Shown here: positions 43,622-51,922 of the stretch, piece by piece
How positions within the stretch are numbered: position 1 is the stretch's first letter
Layout of the letters: each line of letters begins with the position of its first letter
Assembly: GCA_035943935.1 (NCBI GenBank)
Contig: DASZBR010000002.1
Span: forward strand, 25,959 to 89,958
DNA from: Gammaproteobacteria bacterium
GTDB lineage: Bacteria; Pseudomonadota; Gammaproteobacteria; DASZBR01
DNA: 64,000 nt
Direction of reading: 5' to 3'
The notes under the pieces: generated by a model
What the model was told of the DNA's origin: nothing
Database searches by the model: none
The model's input: only the letters and a program-made list of their open reading frames with translations
Translations under genes and position numbers: made by a program

Positions 43622-43864
43622 ATGCCGATTATCCGAATCAAAGAAGGCGAGCCTGCAGAAGTTGCCTTACGTCGTTTCAAACGTGCGTGTGAAAAAGCGG
43701 GAATTTTAATGGAATTACGCCGTCGCGAATTTTATGAGAAACCTACCGCTGAACGTAAACGAAAAGCCGCTGCTGCCCGTAAACGTCACTTAAAGAAAAA
43801 AATGCGAGACATGCCTCAGCGTGCCGGTGCTCCTGCTCCGACAACTGAACGCGAGCGCAATTAA
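43622..43864 (+). CDS. rpsU: 30S ribosomal protein S21
   Basis: [29 protein letters not shown]...[16 protein letters not shown] matches bS21. Confidence 0.85.
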   Translation: MPIIRIKEGEPAEVALRRFKRACEKAGILMELRRREFYEKPTAERKRKAAAARKRHLKKKMRDMPQRAGAPAPTTERERN

Positions 43865-43865
43865 T

Positions 43866-44309
43866 ATGACGCTGAAAAGCCGATTAACTGAAGATATGAA
43901 AAACGCCATGCGTGCGCATGAAAAAGAAAAGCTTGGCGTCATTCGTTTAATCCAATCAGCCATCAAGCAATATGAAGTCGATGAACGCAAAGAAGTCGAT
44001 GATAACCAAGTATTAATTATCCTTGAAAAAATGCTTAAACAACGTCGTGAGTCTATTGCACAGTTTGAACAAGCGAATCGTCAAGATTTATTAGCGATTG
44101 AAAAATACGACGTTGAGATTATTCAGTCTTATATGCCTAAGCCGTTATCAGAGAGTGAAATAGAAAGTATTATCAAAACAGCTATAAGCAAAACAGGTGC
44201 GAAAACCATGCAAGACATGGGGAAAATCATGGCTGAAGTGAAACCGTTATTATTTGGTCGAGCAGATATGTCAGCCGTGAGTGGAAAAATCAAACAGCAA
44301 CTAAGTTAG
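43866..44309 (+). CDS. GatB/YqeY-domain protein
   Basis: 147 aa YqeY-like; sits between rpsU and dnaG as in many gammaproteobacteria; start ATG 1 nt after the rpsU stop. Confidence 0.75.
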   Translation: MTLKSRLTEDMKNAMRAHEKEKLGVIRLIQSAIKQYEVDERKEVDDNQVLIILEKMLKQRRESIAQFEQANRQDLLAIEKYDVEIIQSYMPKPLSESEIESIIKTAISKTGAKTMQDMGKIMAEVKPLLFGRADMSAVSGKIKQQLS

Positions 44310-44315
44310 ATCAAT

Positions 44316-45911
44316 GTGTCAAATCTTATACCACGTGAATTTATCAATGAGTTAATTGCTCGTACAGATATTGTCGAGCTTATTGACGCGCGCGTTCCTC
44401 TGAAAAAAGCCGGTCGAAATCATCAAGCCTGTTGTCCATTCCACACCGAAAAATCTCCGTCGTTTACCGTTAGTGCTCAGAAGCAATTTTATTATTGCTT
44501 TGGATGTGGCGCGAGTGGAAATGCGCTGGGATTTCTCATGGCGTATGACCGCGTGGAATTTATTGATGCGGTAGAAATATTAGCCAAGCAGTTGGGTTTA
44601 GAAATTCCTGAAGACGATAATAGTAAAAACAAGAAAAAATATTCTCAAGATTTATATGAGCCGCTTAATAAAACCAAGTTATATTACGAAAAATCTTTGC
44701 GTAGTTCTCCCGAGGCTATTCAATATTTAAAAAACAGAGGATTGTCGGGTGAAACAGTCAAGAAATATCATATTGGCTTTGCGCCCGATCGCAAAAAAAT
44801 TACGTTTCCTATTCACGATAGACGGGGTCGAGTCATTGGCTTTGGATGGCGTGTATTAGATAATTCTTTGCCCAAATATATTAATTCACCTGACAGCCCG
44901 CTGTTTCATAAAAGCCAAGTTTTATATGGCTTATATGAAGCACGCGAAGCCAATCGTGATCTTGAAAAAATATTAGTGGTTGAGGGATATATGGATGTCG
45001 TGTCTCTCGCGCAAGCAGATATTACGTTTGCCGTAGCAACATTAGGTACCGCGACAACGCAGCAACATGTTACTCAGCTTCTTTCACAAACAGACAAAAT
45101 TATTTTTTGTTTTGATGGAGATACGGCAGGTAAAAAAGCCGCCTGGCGTGCATTGGAATCTACTTTACCTGTTTTACAAGATAATACAGAAGCCAGATTT
45201 TTGTTTTTACCCGAAGGCGAAGATCCCGATTCTTTGGTTAAGAAAATTGGCAAAGATGATTTTTTGATGTTATTAGAATCAGCCCAATCACTGGGAGATG
45301 TTTTCTACGGGCATATTAAATCTCAAGTCAGTAGCAATACCACAGAAGGTCGTGCGCAATTAGTTCACTTAGCGTTACCCTATATTGAAAGCATTTCAGC
45401 ACCTATTTTTAGGGAAATGATGTTAGACCGATTAGCGGAGATGGTGCGAATGGAAAAGAATCAGCTAAATAAATTTGTCGCAAAAATAGCGAGAGCAGAA
45501 AATTCAGGTAAATTGCAGCGAACGCCGATGCGTTTAGCCATTGCACTTTTATTACAAAATCCTATTCTATTTAATGCTATTAAAGAAGATTTAGAAAATT
45601 TAGATTTGCCGGGCAGTGAAGTCTTAAAAGAAATATTTGCGGAGCTTAAGCAAAATTCGTCAGTGACGACGGCGAGTTTGTTGGAATGTTTTCGAGATAA
45701 GCCCAATGTAGAATTGATTCATAAATTGGCGGCGTGGGAACATGGTGTGCCGGAAGAAGGGATTACGCAAGAATTTCAAGGTATCGTGACTCATCTTTTA
45801 AAGCAGCAGCATCAAAGTAAAATAGAACATTTGCTTAAGAAAGCGAATTTAAATACCCTGACAGAAGATGAGAAACGAATGTTGCAGGGGATGTTGGGAG
45901 AGAAAACGTGA
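44316..45911 (+). CDS. dnaG: DNA primase
   Basis: GTG start; zinc-binding CCPFHTEKSPSF...CFGCGA, TOPRIM (VVEGYMDV, FDGDTAG) motifs; N-terminus parallels E. coli DnaG. Confidence 0.9.
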   Translation: MSNLIPREFINELIARTDIVELIDARVPLKKAGRNHQACCPFHTEKSPSFTVSAQKQFYYCFGCGASGNALGFLMAYDRVEFIDAVEILAKQLGLEIPEDDNSKNKKKYSQDLYEPLNKTKLYYEKSLRSSPEAIQYLKNRGLSGETVKKYHIGFAPDRKKITFPIHDRRGRVIGFGWRVLDNSLPKYINSPDSPLFHKSQVLYGLYEAREANRDLEKILVVEGYMDVVSLAQADITFAVATLGTATTQQHVTQLLSQTDKIIFCFDGDTAGKKAAWRALESTLPVLQDNTEARFLFLPEGEDPDSLVKKIGKDDFLMLLESAQSLGDVFYGHIKSQVSSNTTEGRAQLVHLALPYIESISAPIFREMMLDRLAEMVRMEKNQLNKFVAKIARAENSGKLQRTPMRLAIALLLQNPILFNAIKEDLENLDLPGSEVLKEIFAELKQNSSVTTASLLECFRDKPNVELIHKLAAWEHGVPEEGITQEFQGIVTHLLKQQHQSKIEHLLKKANLNTLTEDEKRMLQGMLGEKT

Positions 45912-46489
45912 GCGACAAGAATTTATTTTTAATCGCCGGTCCGAATGGCGCAGGAAAAACAACATCATCATTCCCTATGTTGAAAAAATTTTCGATCGAT
46001 GAATACGTTAATGCAGACGCTATAGCCTATGGTTTGTCGCCATTACAATACGATACAGTTGCTATTAAGTCTGGGCGGTTAATGTTGGAACGGATTCATT
46101 ATTTATTAGAACAAAATAAAAGTTTTGCGTTTGAAACAACGTTGGCATCGAGAAGTTTTGTTAATTTGATTCAGCAGGCAAAAAAACAAAATTATAATGT
46201 GAGTTTGATTTTTTTATGGTTGGATAATGTTGAGCTTGCGCTTGAACGAGTTGAGCACAGAGTTGAAGCCGGTGGTCACGATATACCACGAAAAACTGTT
46301 ATCCGTCGTTATGAGAAAGGCTTAAAGAATTTCTTTGATTTATATGCTCCTATTGTTGATAGATGGAGTTTTTATGATAATTCAAGATCATCACCAAACT
46401 TGATTGCTGAGAAATTACATGGTGCACTGTTAGATGTGCACAACACGAAACTTTGGGAGTTTTTATCTAAGCATGGGGATAAAAAATGA
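45908..46489 (+). CDS. zeta-toxin-family P-loop kinase (AAA_33/PezT-like), 193 aa
   Basis: Walker [10 protein letters not shown], downstream VNADAI (Walker-B-like Asp), FETTLASRS, and GGHDIPRKTVIRRY resembling the zeta-toxin GGRxIP...Y segment; GTG start overlaps the dnaG stop (GTGA). Confidence 0.65.
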   Translation: MSDKNLFLIAGPNGAGKTTSSFPMLKKFSIDEYVNADAIAYGLSPLQYDTVAIKSGRLMLERIHYLLEQNKSFAFETTLASRSFVNLIQQAKKQNYNVSLIFLWLDNVELALERVEHRVEAGGHDIPRKTVIRRYEKGLKNFFDLYAPIVDRWSFYDNSRSSPNLIAEKLHGALLDVHNTKLWEFLSKHGDKK

Positions 46490-46662
46490 TATCTGAGAAA
46501 GAATATTCAAGAAAGCTTGATGAAGCAATTCACGAAGCTGTCGCAAACGCCATCGAGCGTCATCGTAAATTGGGCGAATCCATTGTTGTTTCTGAAAATG
46601 GCAAAGTCGTTATTTTATCACCCGAAGAAATTTTGAAACGCCAACAACAGGGTAAAGCATGA
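46486..46662 (+). CDS. hypothetical 58-aa protein; its C-terminal NGKVVILSPEEILK segment resembles the NGKPVAVL-type motif of Phd/YefM antitoxins, making it a candidate partner of the kinase
   Basis: ATG overlaps the kinase stop (ATGA) and its stop overlaps the tyrP start (ATGA); not in the supplied ORF track because it is shorter than 60 aa; MISEKEYSRKLDEAIHEAVANAIERHRKLGESIVVSENGKVVILSPEEILKRQQQGKA. Confidence 0.3.
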   Translation: MISEKEYSRKLDEAIHEAVANAIERHRKLGESIVVSENGKVVILSPEEILKRQQQGKA

Positions 46663-47816
46663 TCTCCAAAACCATCGGCAGTATCTTAATGATTCTCGGC
46701 ACTGCCGTAGGTGCCGGAATGTTAGCGTTACCGATCGCATCCGCTCATGCAAATTGGGAAACAACTTTTTTAATGATGTTCGGCAGTTGGTTTTTAATGA
46801 CGACGGGCGCGTTTGCCATATTAGAAGTCAATCTCTGGTTTTCTGCTGATACGAATCTTATCAGCATGGTCGATAAAACCCTGGGAAAATATTTTAAATT
46901 ATTAACCTGGTTTGTATATTTATTATTATTGTATAGCTTGCTCTGCGCGTACTTATCTGGCGGTAGTGATATTTTACGCGGATTAATTCCCCAATTATCT
47001 GCACCCGTTTCGACTATATTAGCGTTGGTGATACTGGGAAGTGTAGTCGTCCGCGGCGTGAGTTCTGTAGACATGGTCAACCGAGGCTTAATGTCTGTTA
47101 AATTATTAGCCTATGGAATCTTGGTTATAGCTATATTTCCCCATATTAATCTCACTAATATTCATGCGGGAGATTATGTCTATAAAACCAGTACTTTAAT
47201 GGTCATGATGACGTCGTTTGGATTTGCCATTATTGTCCCGACACTTAGAGCCTATCTCAACAGCGATGTGCCTCGATTAAAAAGAGTGTTATTGATCGGC
47301 AGTTTATTGCCATTAGTCTTATATTTATTATGGATTTTTGTGATTCAAGGATTAATTTCCCGCGCGGCGTTGTTTCCTATGATCTCCGGCGATACCAATT
47401 CTTTATTAATGCATACCGTCAGTACGTTATTGAATAAGGGCGTATTGGGTGATATTGCGAAATTATTTATTTCTATTTGTGCCATTACCTCTTTTCTCGG
47501 TGTGTCTATATGTTTGGCAGATTTTATTGCAGATGGTTTGCAGTGGGAGAAAAAAGGATGGGTGGGAAGTAAAGTCTACGCCTTATCATTTTTGCCACCG
47601 TTAATTATAGTCTTATTAAATCCAAATATTTTTATTAAAGCCTTAAGTTATGCCGGATTGTGCTGTGTGTATTTATTAATATTATTACCCGCATTAATGC
47701 TCTACAGTGGACGATATATTAAGAAGATAGAGGGCGTGCGAATATTACCCCAGTGCAAATATTTTATTTTAAGCTGTATTGTCGTAGGCATTTTATTGAT
47801 GGTGATCAATGTATAG
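46659..47816 (+). CDS. tyrP: aromatic amino acid permease, HAAAP family (TyrP/Mtr-like), copy 1
   Basis: 385 aa, 11-TM HAAAP pattern (GTAVGAGMLALPIA). Confidence 0.75.
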   Translation: MISKTIGSILMILGTAVGAGMLALPIASAHANWETTFLMMFGSWFLMTTGAFAILEVNLWFSADTNLISMVDKTLGKYFKLLTWFVYLLLLYSLLCAYLSGGSDILRGLIPQLSAPVSTILALVILGSVVVRGVSSVDMVNRGLMSVKLLAYGILVIAIFPHINLTNIHAGDYVYKTSTLMVMMTSFGFAIIVPTLRAYLNSDVPRLKRVLLIGSLLPLVLYLLWIFVIQGLISRAALFPMISGDTNSLLMHTVSTLLNKGVLGDIAKLFISICAITSFLGVSICLADFIADGLQWEKKGWVGSKVYALSFLPPLIIVLLNPNIFIKALSYAGLCCVYLLILLPALMLYSGRYIKKIEGVRILPQCKYFILSCIVVGILLMVINV

Positions 47817-48966
47817 AAAAACCGCTGGGTGTATTTTAATGTTATTAGGTACCGCGGTCGGCGCAGGCATGTTGGCATTACCGCTTGCGACAGCACCCGC
47901 GAATTGGCAGACCACTTTATTAATGATGATAGGCAGTTGGTTAATTATGACCGCCGGTGCGTTTGCGTTACTCGAAGTTAATTTATGGTTTCCCGCGGGT
48001 GCCAATTTTATCCGCATGGCAGGCAGTACATTAGGCAAGCCCGCAAAATGGATTACGTGGGTAGTCTATTTATTATTATTTTATAGCTTGTTATGCGCGT
48101 ATTTATCTGGCACGAGTGATATTTTGCATGGGTTAATTAACAGCTTGCCTCGTACAACCGCTACGCTTATTGCGCTATTTATTTTGGGAAGTATAGTTTA
48201 TAGGGGCGTGAGTTCTGTTGATTTAGTTAACCGCGGACTCATGAGTATAAAATTAGTGGCGTATATAATTCTTATAGCTGCTATTTCGCCGCATATTACG
48301 TTGCCGAATATATCAGATGGCAATTATTTTTATAAAACCAGTGCATTAATGGTCATCGTCACCTCGTTTGGATTTGGCTCTATTATTCCTACGCTAAGAG
48401 ATTATCTAAAAAGCGATGTTAAGCAATTAAAATGGGTTTTATTATTGGGCAGTATTTTGCCTATGGTAATTTATTTATTATGGATTGCGTCTACGCAGGG
48501 TTTGTTACCCAGAGATAATTTAATTCAGATGGCCCACTCGTCTGAGCCCAACTCCATGTTAATGCACGGCATCAGTACTTTATTGGATAATGGCTTGTTG
48601 GGTGTAATCACAAAAGTATTTATCTCTATCTGTGCCGTAACGTCTTTTTTAAATGTATCCATTGGACTAGTAGATTTTATCGCCGATGGCCTACAATCAG
48701 AGCGTGAAATAAAAGTATATGCGTTAGCTTTTTTACCGCCGTTAATAATCGTTTTGATAGCGCCGGGAATATTTATTAAAGCCTTAAGTTATGCCGGATT
48801 TTGTTGTGTATTTTTATTAATCTTATTGCCCATGTTAATGCTATACCGTGGGCGATATATCCAGAAGCATGAAGGCGTACGATTTCTACCCAATACGAAA
48901 ATCTTAATTTTGGGTTGTGCGTTGATTGCCGTAATCTTAATGATCTTACAATGGGTGAATGTTTAA
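47809..48966 (+). CDS. aromatic amino acid permease, HAAAP family, copy 2 (tandem paralog)
   Basis: 385 aa, collinear homology to the preceding gene throughout. Confidence 0.75.
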   Translation: MYRKTAGCILMLLGTAVGAGMLALPLATAPANWQTTLLMMIGSWLIMTAGAFALLEVNLWFPAGANFIRMAGSTLGKPAKWITWVVYLLLFYSLLCAYLSGTSDILHGLINSLPRTTATLIALFILGSIVYRGVSSVDLVNRGLMSIKLVAYIILIAAISPHITLPNISDGNYFYKTSALMVIVTSFGFGSIIPTLRDYLKSDVKQLKWVLLLGSILPMVIYLLWIASTQGLLPRDNLIQMAHSSEPNSMLMHGISTLLDNGLLGVITKVFISICAVTSFLNVSIGLVDFIADGLQSEREIKVYALAFLPPLIIVLIAPGIFIKALSYAGFCCVFLLILLPMLMLYRGRYIQKHEGVRFLPNTKILILGCALIAVILMILQWVNV

Positions 48967-50281
48967 CATGGATAAAATTAAAGCGTTAGTTGAAGAGGCA
49001 TTGAAGCTTGCAAAGAAAGAAGGCGCAGATGCGGCAGAAGTCGTGGCGAGTATGACGCAGGGATTTACCGCGAATATTCGTTTAGGCGAAGTCGATACGA
49101 TTGAATATCATCGCGATAATGGCGTCGATATAACGGTGTATCGAGATAATTGTCAGGGTTCAACGAGCACGACAGATATCAGTCCTCAAGCGATAGAAAA
49201 CGCCGTAAAAAAAGCGTGTTTGATTGCTAAAGTCACAGGTGCGGATCCGTGTCATGGTTTGGCCGATGAAAAATTATTGGCAAAAAAATATCCCAATTTA
49301 GATTTAAATCATCCGTGGGGTATTGATGTTCCGCAAGCGATTGAATTGGCCAAAGAATGTGAAGATGCCGGACGAAAATTTAATCCGCAAATTACAAATT
49401 CCGAAGGTGCGTCGGTAAGTACGTATGACGGAAAGTTTATCTATGGCAATACCAATAATTTCGTCGAAGGGTATGCCTCAACGCGTCACAGTATTAACTG
49501 TGTTTTATTAGCGGAAGGGGATCACAATAAAGAACGTGATTATGAATTCAGTGTTGCACGCGATGCGGCTGAATTATGGACGCCTAAATTTATCGGTGAA
49601 GAAGCGGCGCGCAAAACGATTGCTCGGCTTAATGGTAAAAAATTATCGACCAGACAGACGCCCGTTATTTTTTCTCCGCGGGTGGCGAGTGGATTATTGG
49701 GGAATTTTATTGCCGCTATTCGGGGAAGTAATATTTACCGTAAATCGTCTTTTTTGTTGGATGCGTTAGGCCATAAAATATTTCCTGAATTTATTACTAT
49801 TATAGAAGATCCGTTGATTCCCAAAGCATTGGGCAGTGCGCCGTTTGATCATGAAGGCGTTGCCACCAAAAAGAAAAATGTTATTGAGAAGGGCATATTG
49901 CAAAATTATGTATTAGACACATACTCTGCGCGTAAATTAGGGTTACAAACGACAGGTAATTCGGGTGGTGTGCATAATTTAGAAATTATTCCGACGGCGG
50001 GAAATCTCGATGAATTATTGAAAAAAATGGGAACGGGATTATTGGTGACTGAAGTCATGGGGCAGGGAGTGAATATTGTCACGGGTGATTATTCGCGTGG
50101 TGCGTCAGGATTTTGGATAGAAAATGGCCAGATTCAATATCCCGTACATGAAATTACGATTGCCGGAAATTTAAAAGACATGTTTTTAAATTTGGTTGCT
50201 GCAGGAAATGATGTCGATAAACGGGGTGGTATTTTGTCAGGTTCGTTGTTGCTTGAAAATATGACGGTAGCGGGGGAGTAA
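48959..50281 (+). CDS. pmbA: metalloprotease PmbA/TldE
   Basis: 440 aa PmbA/TldD-family sequence. Confidence 0.85.
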   Translation: MFNMDKIKALVEEALKLAKKEGADAAEVVASMTQGFTANIRLGEVDTIEYHRDNGVDITVYRDNCQGSTSTTDISPQAIENAVKKACLIAKVTGADPCHGLADEKLLAKKYPNLDLNHPWGIDVPQAIELAKECEDAGRKFNPQITNSEGASVSTYDGKFIYGNTNNFVEGYASTRHSINCVLLAEGDHNKERDYEFSVARDAAELWTPKFIGEEAARKTIARLNGKKLSTRQTPVIFSPRVASGLLGNFIAAIRGSNIYRKSSFLLDALGHKIFPEFITIIEDPLIPKALGSAPFDHEGVATKKKNVIEKGILQNYVLDTYSARKLGLQTTGNSGGVHNLEIIPTAGNLDELLKKMGTGLLVTEVMGQGVNIVTGDYSRGASGFWIENGQIQYPVHEITIAGNLKDMFLNLVAAGNDVDKRGGILSGSLLLENMTVAGE

Positions 50282-50284
50282 ACC

Positions 50285-50848
50285 ATGTTGAATTTTAATG
50301 CTATTTTAAAAGAACATTTAGAGGTAATTAAAAATTGCGAATCGTTATTACCACAACTCGAAAAAACCGCTGAAAAAATTATTACTGCTTTGAAAAATGG
50401 CGGAACGGTGTATTGGCTCGGCAATGGCGGAAGTGCATCCGATGCACAACACATGGCGGCTGAATTAGTGGGACGATTTAAAAAAGAACGTCGCGCATTA
50501 CCATCTTTATCATTATCAACAGACACTTCTTTATTAACAGCTTTAAGTAATGATTATGATTTTAATATTATATTTTCTAGACAATTAGAAGCGTTCTGTA
50601 AACCCAATGATATCGTCATTGCATTATCGACATCGGGTAATAGCGAGAATATCTTGAAGGGTATTGATATGGCGAAATCCAAAGGCGCTTTTACTATAGC
50701 ATTCACAGGCGAAACTGGCGGTAAATTAAAAGCTAAAGTCGATACGTGTTTTTTAATACCTTCTAAAATTACAGCCAGAATTCAAGAGGCGACGACTTTA
50801 TTGTGTCATACGATGTGTGAAAAGATTGATGACGTCCTGTCATCCTGA
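50285..50848 (+). CDS. SIS-domain protein, phosphoheptose isomerase / DiaA-like
   Basis: GNGGSASDAQHMAAELVGRF and ALSTSGNS motifs; last five codons and stop (DVLSS*) are supplied by a dispersed repeat copy. Confidence 0.75.
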   Translation: MLNFNAILKEHLEVIKNCESLLPQLEKTAEKIITALKNGGTVYWLGNGGSASDAQHMAAELVGRFKKERRALPSLSLSTDTSLLTALSNDYDFNIIFSRQLEAFCKPNDIVIALSTSGNSENILKGIDMAKSKGAFTIAFTGETGGKLKAKVDTCFLIPSKITARIQEATTLLCHTMCEKIDDVLSS

Positions 50849-50890
50849 GCGTAGCGAAGGATCTGCTTCTTCTTTTGCTGCGTTAGATAC
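50836..50890. repeat. dispersed repeat, short copy (GTCATCCTGAGCG...GAAGGATCTGCTTCTTCT family)
   Basis: Shares the TGTCATCCTGAG...CGAAGGA(T/C)CTGCTTCTTCT core with the two 92-bp copies at 60751-60842 and 61241-61331. Confidence 0.6.
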
Positions 50891-50990
50891 ATAAATAACT
50901 TTAAAAAAGAAAAAGTGGTTTTACCTTGATGAAGTGTTGGGATTGATGAATAATTAAGCCACGTTTTTTATATTTAATAAGGAGAAAGCT

Positions 50991-51707
50991 GTGGCAAAAA
51001 TGAAGGTGTTGAATCAGGAGATCACGTTGTATTCCATTAAAGAATCTGACTTTATCTGTATTACTGATATCGCAAGATATAAAAACCCCGAGCATACTGA
51101 TGATCTTATTCGCAGTTGGTTGCGAAACCGTAATACGATTGAATTTCTTGGTGTTTGGGAACAATTAAACAATCCCGATTTTAAACACGTCGAATTCGAC
51201 GGGTTTAGAAAAAAGGCGGGGCTGAATAGTTTTACGTTAACGCCAAAACAATGGATTGAAAATACTGATGCCATCGGGTTGGTTTCTAAAACGGGTCGGT
51301 ATGGTGGAACCTATGCCCATAAAGATATTGCCTTTGAGTTTGCATCTTGGATATCGGTTGAATTCAAACTTTATCTCATCAAAGAATTTCAGCGGGTCAA
51401 AGAAGCTGAACATAAAACATTGGGTTGGGATATTAAACGTAATATCGCAAAATTAAACTATAAGATACATACCAGTGCTGTTAAGAAGCATTTGATTCCC
51501 AAGTTGCTCAGTGCAACGCGTGTTTCGCATATTTATGCCAGTGAAGCAGACCTTTTAAATGTAGCTTTATTTGGACAAACGGCTGCGGAGTGGCGTGCTG
51601 ATCATCCTGGAGTAAAAGGTAACATGCGCGATGAAGCGGATATGGCTCAGCTCATCTGTTTGTCTAACCTGGAAAATCTTAATGCTTTTTTTATTGAAGA
51701 AGTTTAA
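50991..51707 (+). CDS. KilA-N domain protein (phage-derived)
   Basis: N-terminal KilA-N-like domain (ITLYSIKESDFICITDIARYK ... KDIAFEFASWISVEFKLYLIKEF); GTG start 6 nt after AGGAGA; in-frame 24-bp palindromic element at 51182-51205. Confidence 0.65.
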   Translation: MAKMKVLNQEITLYSIKESDFICITDIARYKNPEHTDDLIRSWLRNRNTIEFLGVWEQLNNPDFKHVEFDGFRKKAGLNSFTLTPKQWIENTDAIGLVSKTGRYGGTYAHKDIAFEFASWISVEFKLYLIKEFQRVKEAEHKTLGWDIKRNIAKLNYKIHTSAVKKHLIPKLLSATRVSHIYASEADLLNVALFGQTAAEWRADHPGVKGNMRDEADMAQLICLSNLENLNAFFIEEV

Positions 51708-51828
51708 GTCAATCTGAACGATTGACTAAATTGAATAAGATTGCGATTCACCAGATGACTCTGTTGGTGGATGGGGAACAACGATTGTACGGTGGTCGCC
51801 AACTTAAAAGTGACGCTTCGATCAAGAA

Positions 51829-51860
51829 TTCTAATCCCGTCGAATTCGACGGGATTAGAA
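51829..51860. repeat. 32-bp perfect palindrome TTCTAATCCCGTCGAA|TTCGACGGGATTAGAA
   Basis: Self-complementary; shares the core CCCGTCGAATTCGACGGG with 51891-51922 and 51182-51205. Confidence 0.8.
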
Positions 51861-51890
51861 AATAAGATGGCGCTCTGACGGGCTCTTAAA

Positions 51891-51922
51891 TTTTAAACCC
51901 GTCGAATTCGACGGGTTTAAAA
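51891..51922. repeat. 32-bp perfect palindrome TTTTAAACCCGTCGAA|TTCGACGGGTTTAAAA, overlapping the dapE stop codon; probable bidirectional terminator hairpin
   Basis: Self-complementary; lies between the convergent KilA-N and dapE genes. Confidence 0.8.

Noticed and set aside
51708-51730. Short palindrome GTCAATCTGAACGATTGAC just after the KilA-N stop
   Set aside because: It has only a 7-bp stem, a single copy, and no U-tract. The evidence is much weaker than for the 32-bp palindromes, so I do not call it as a feature.
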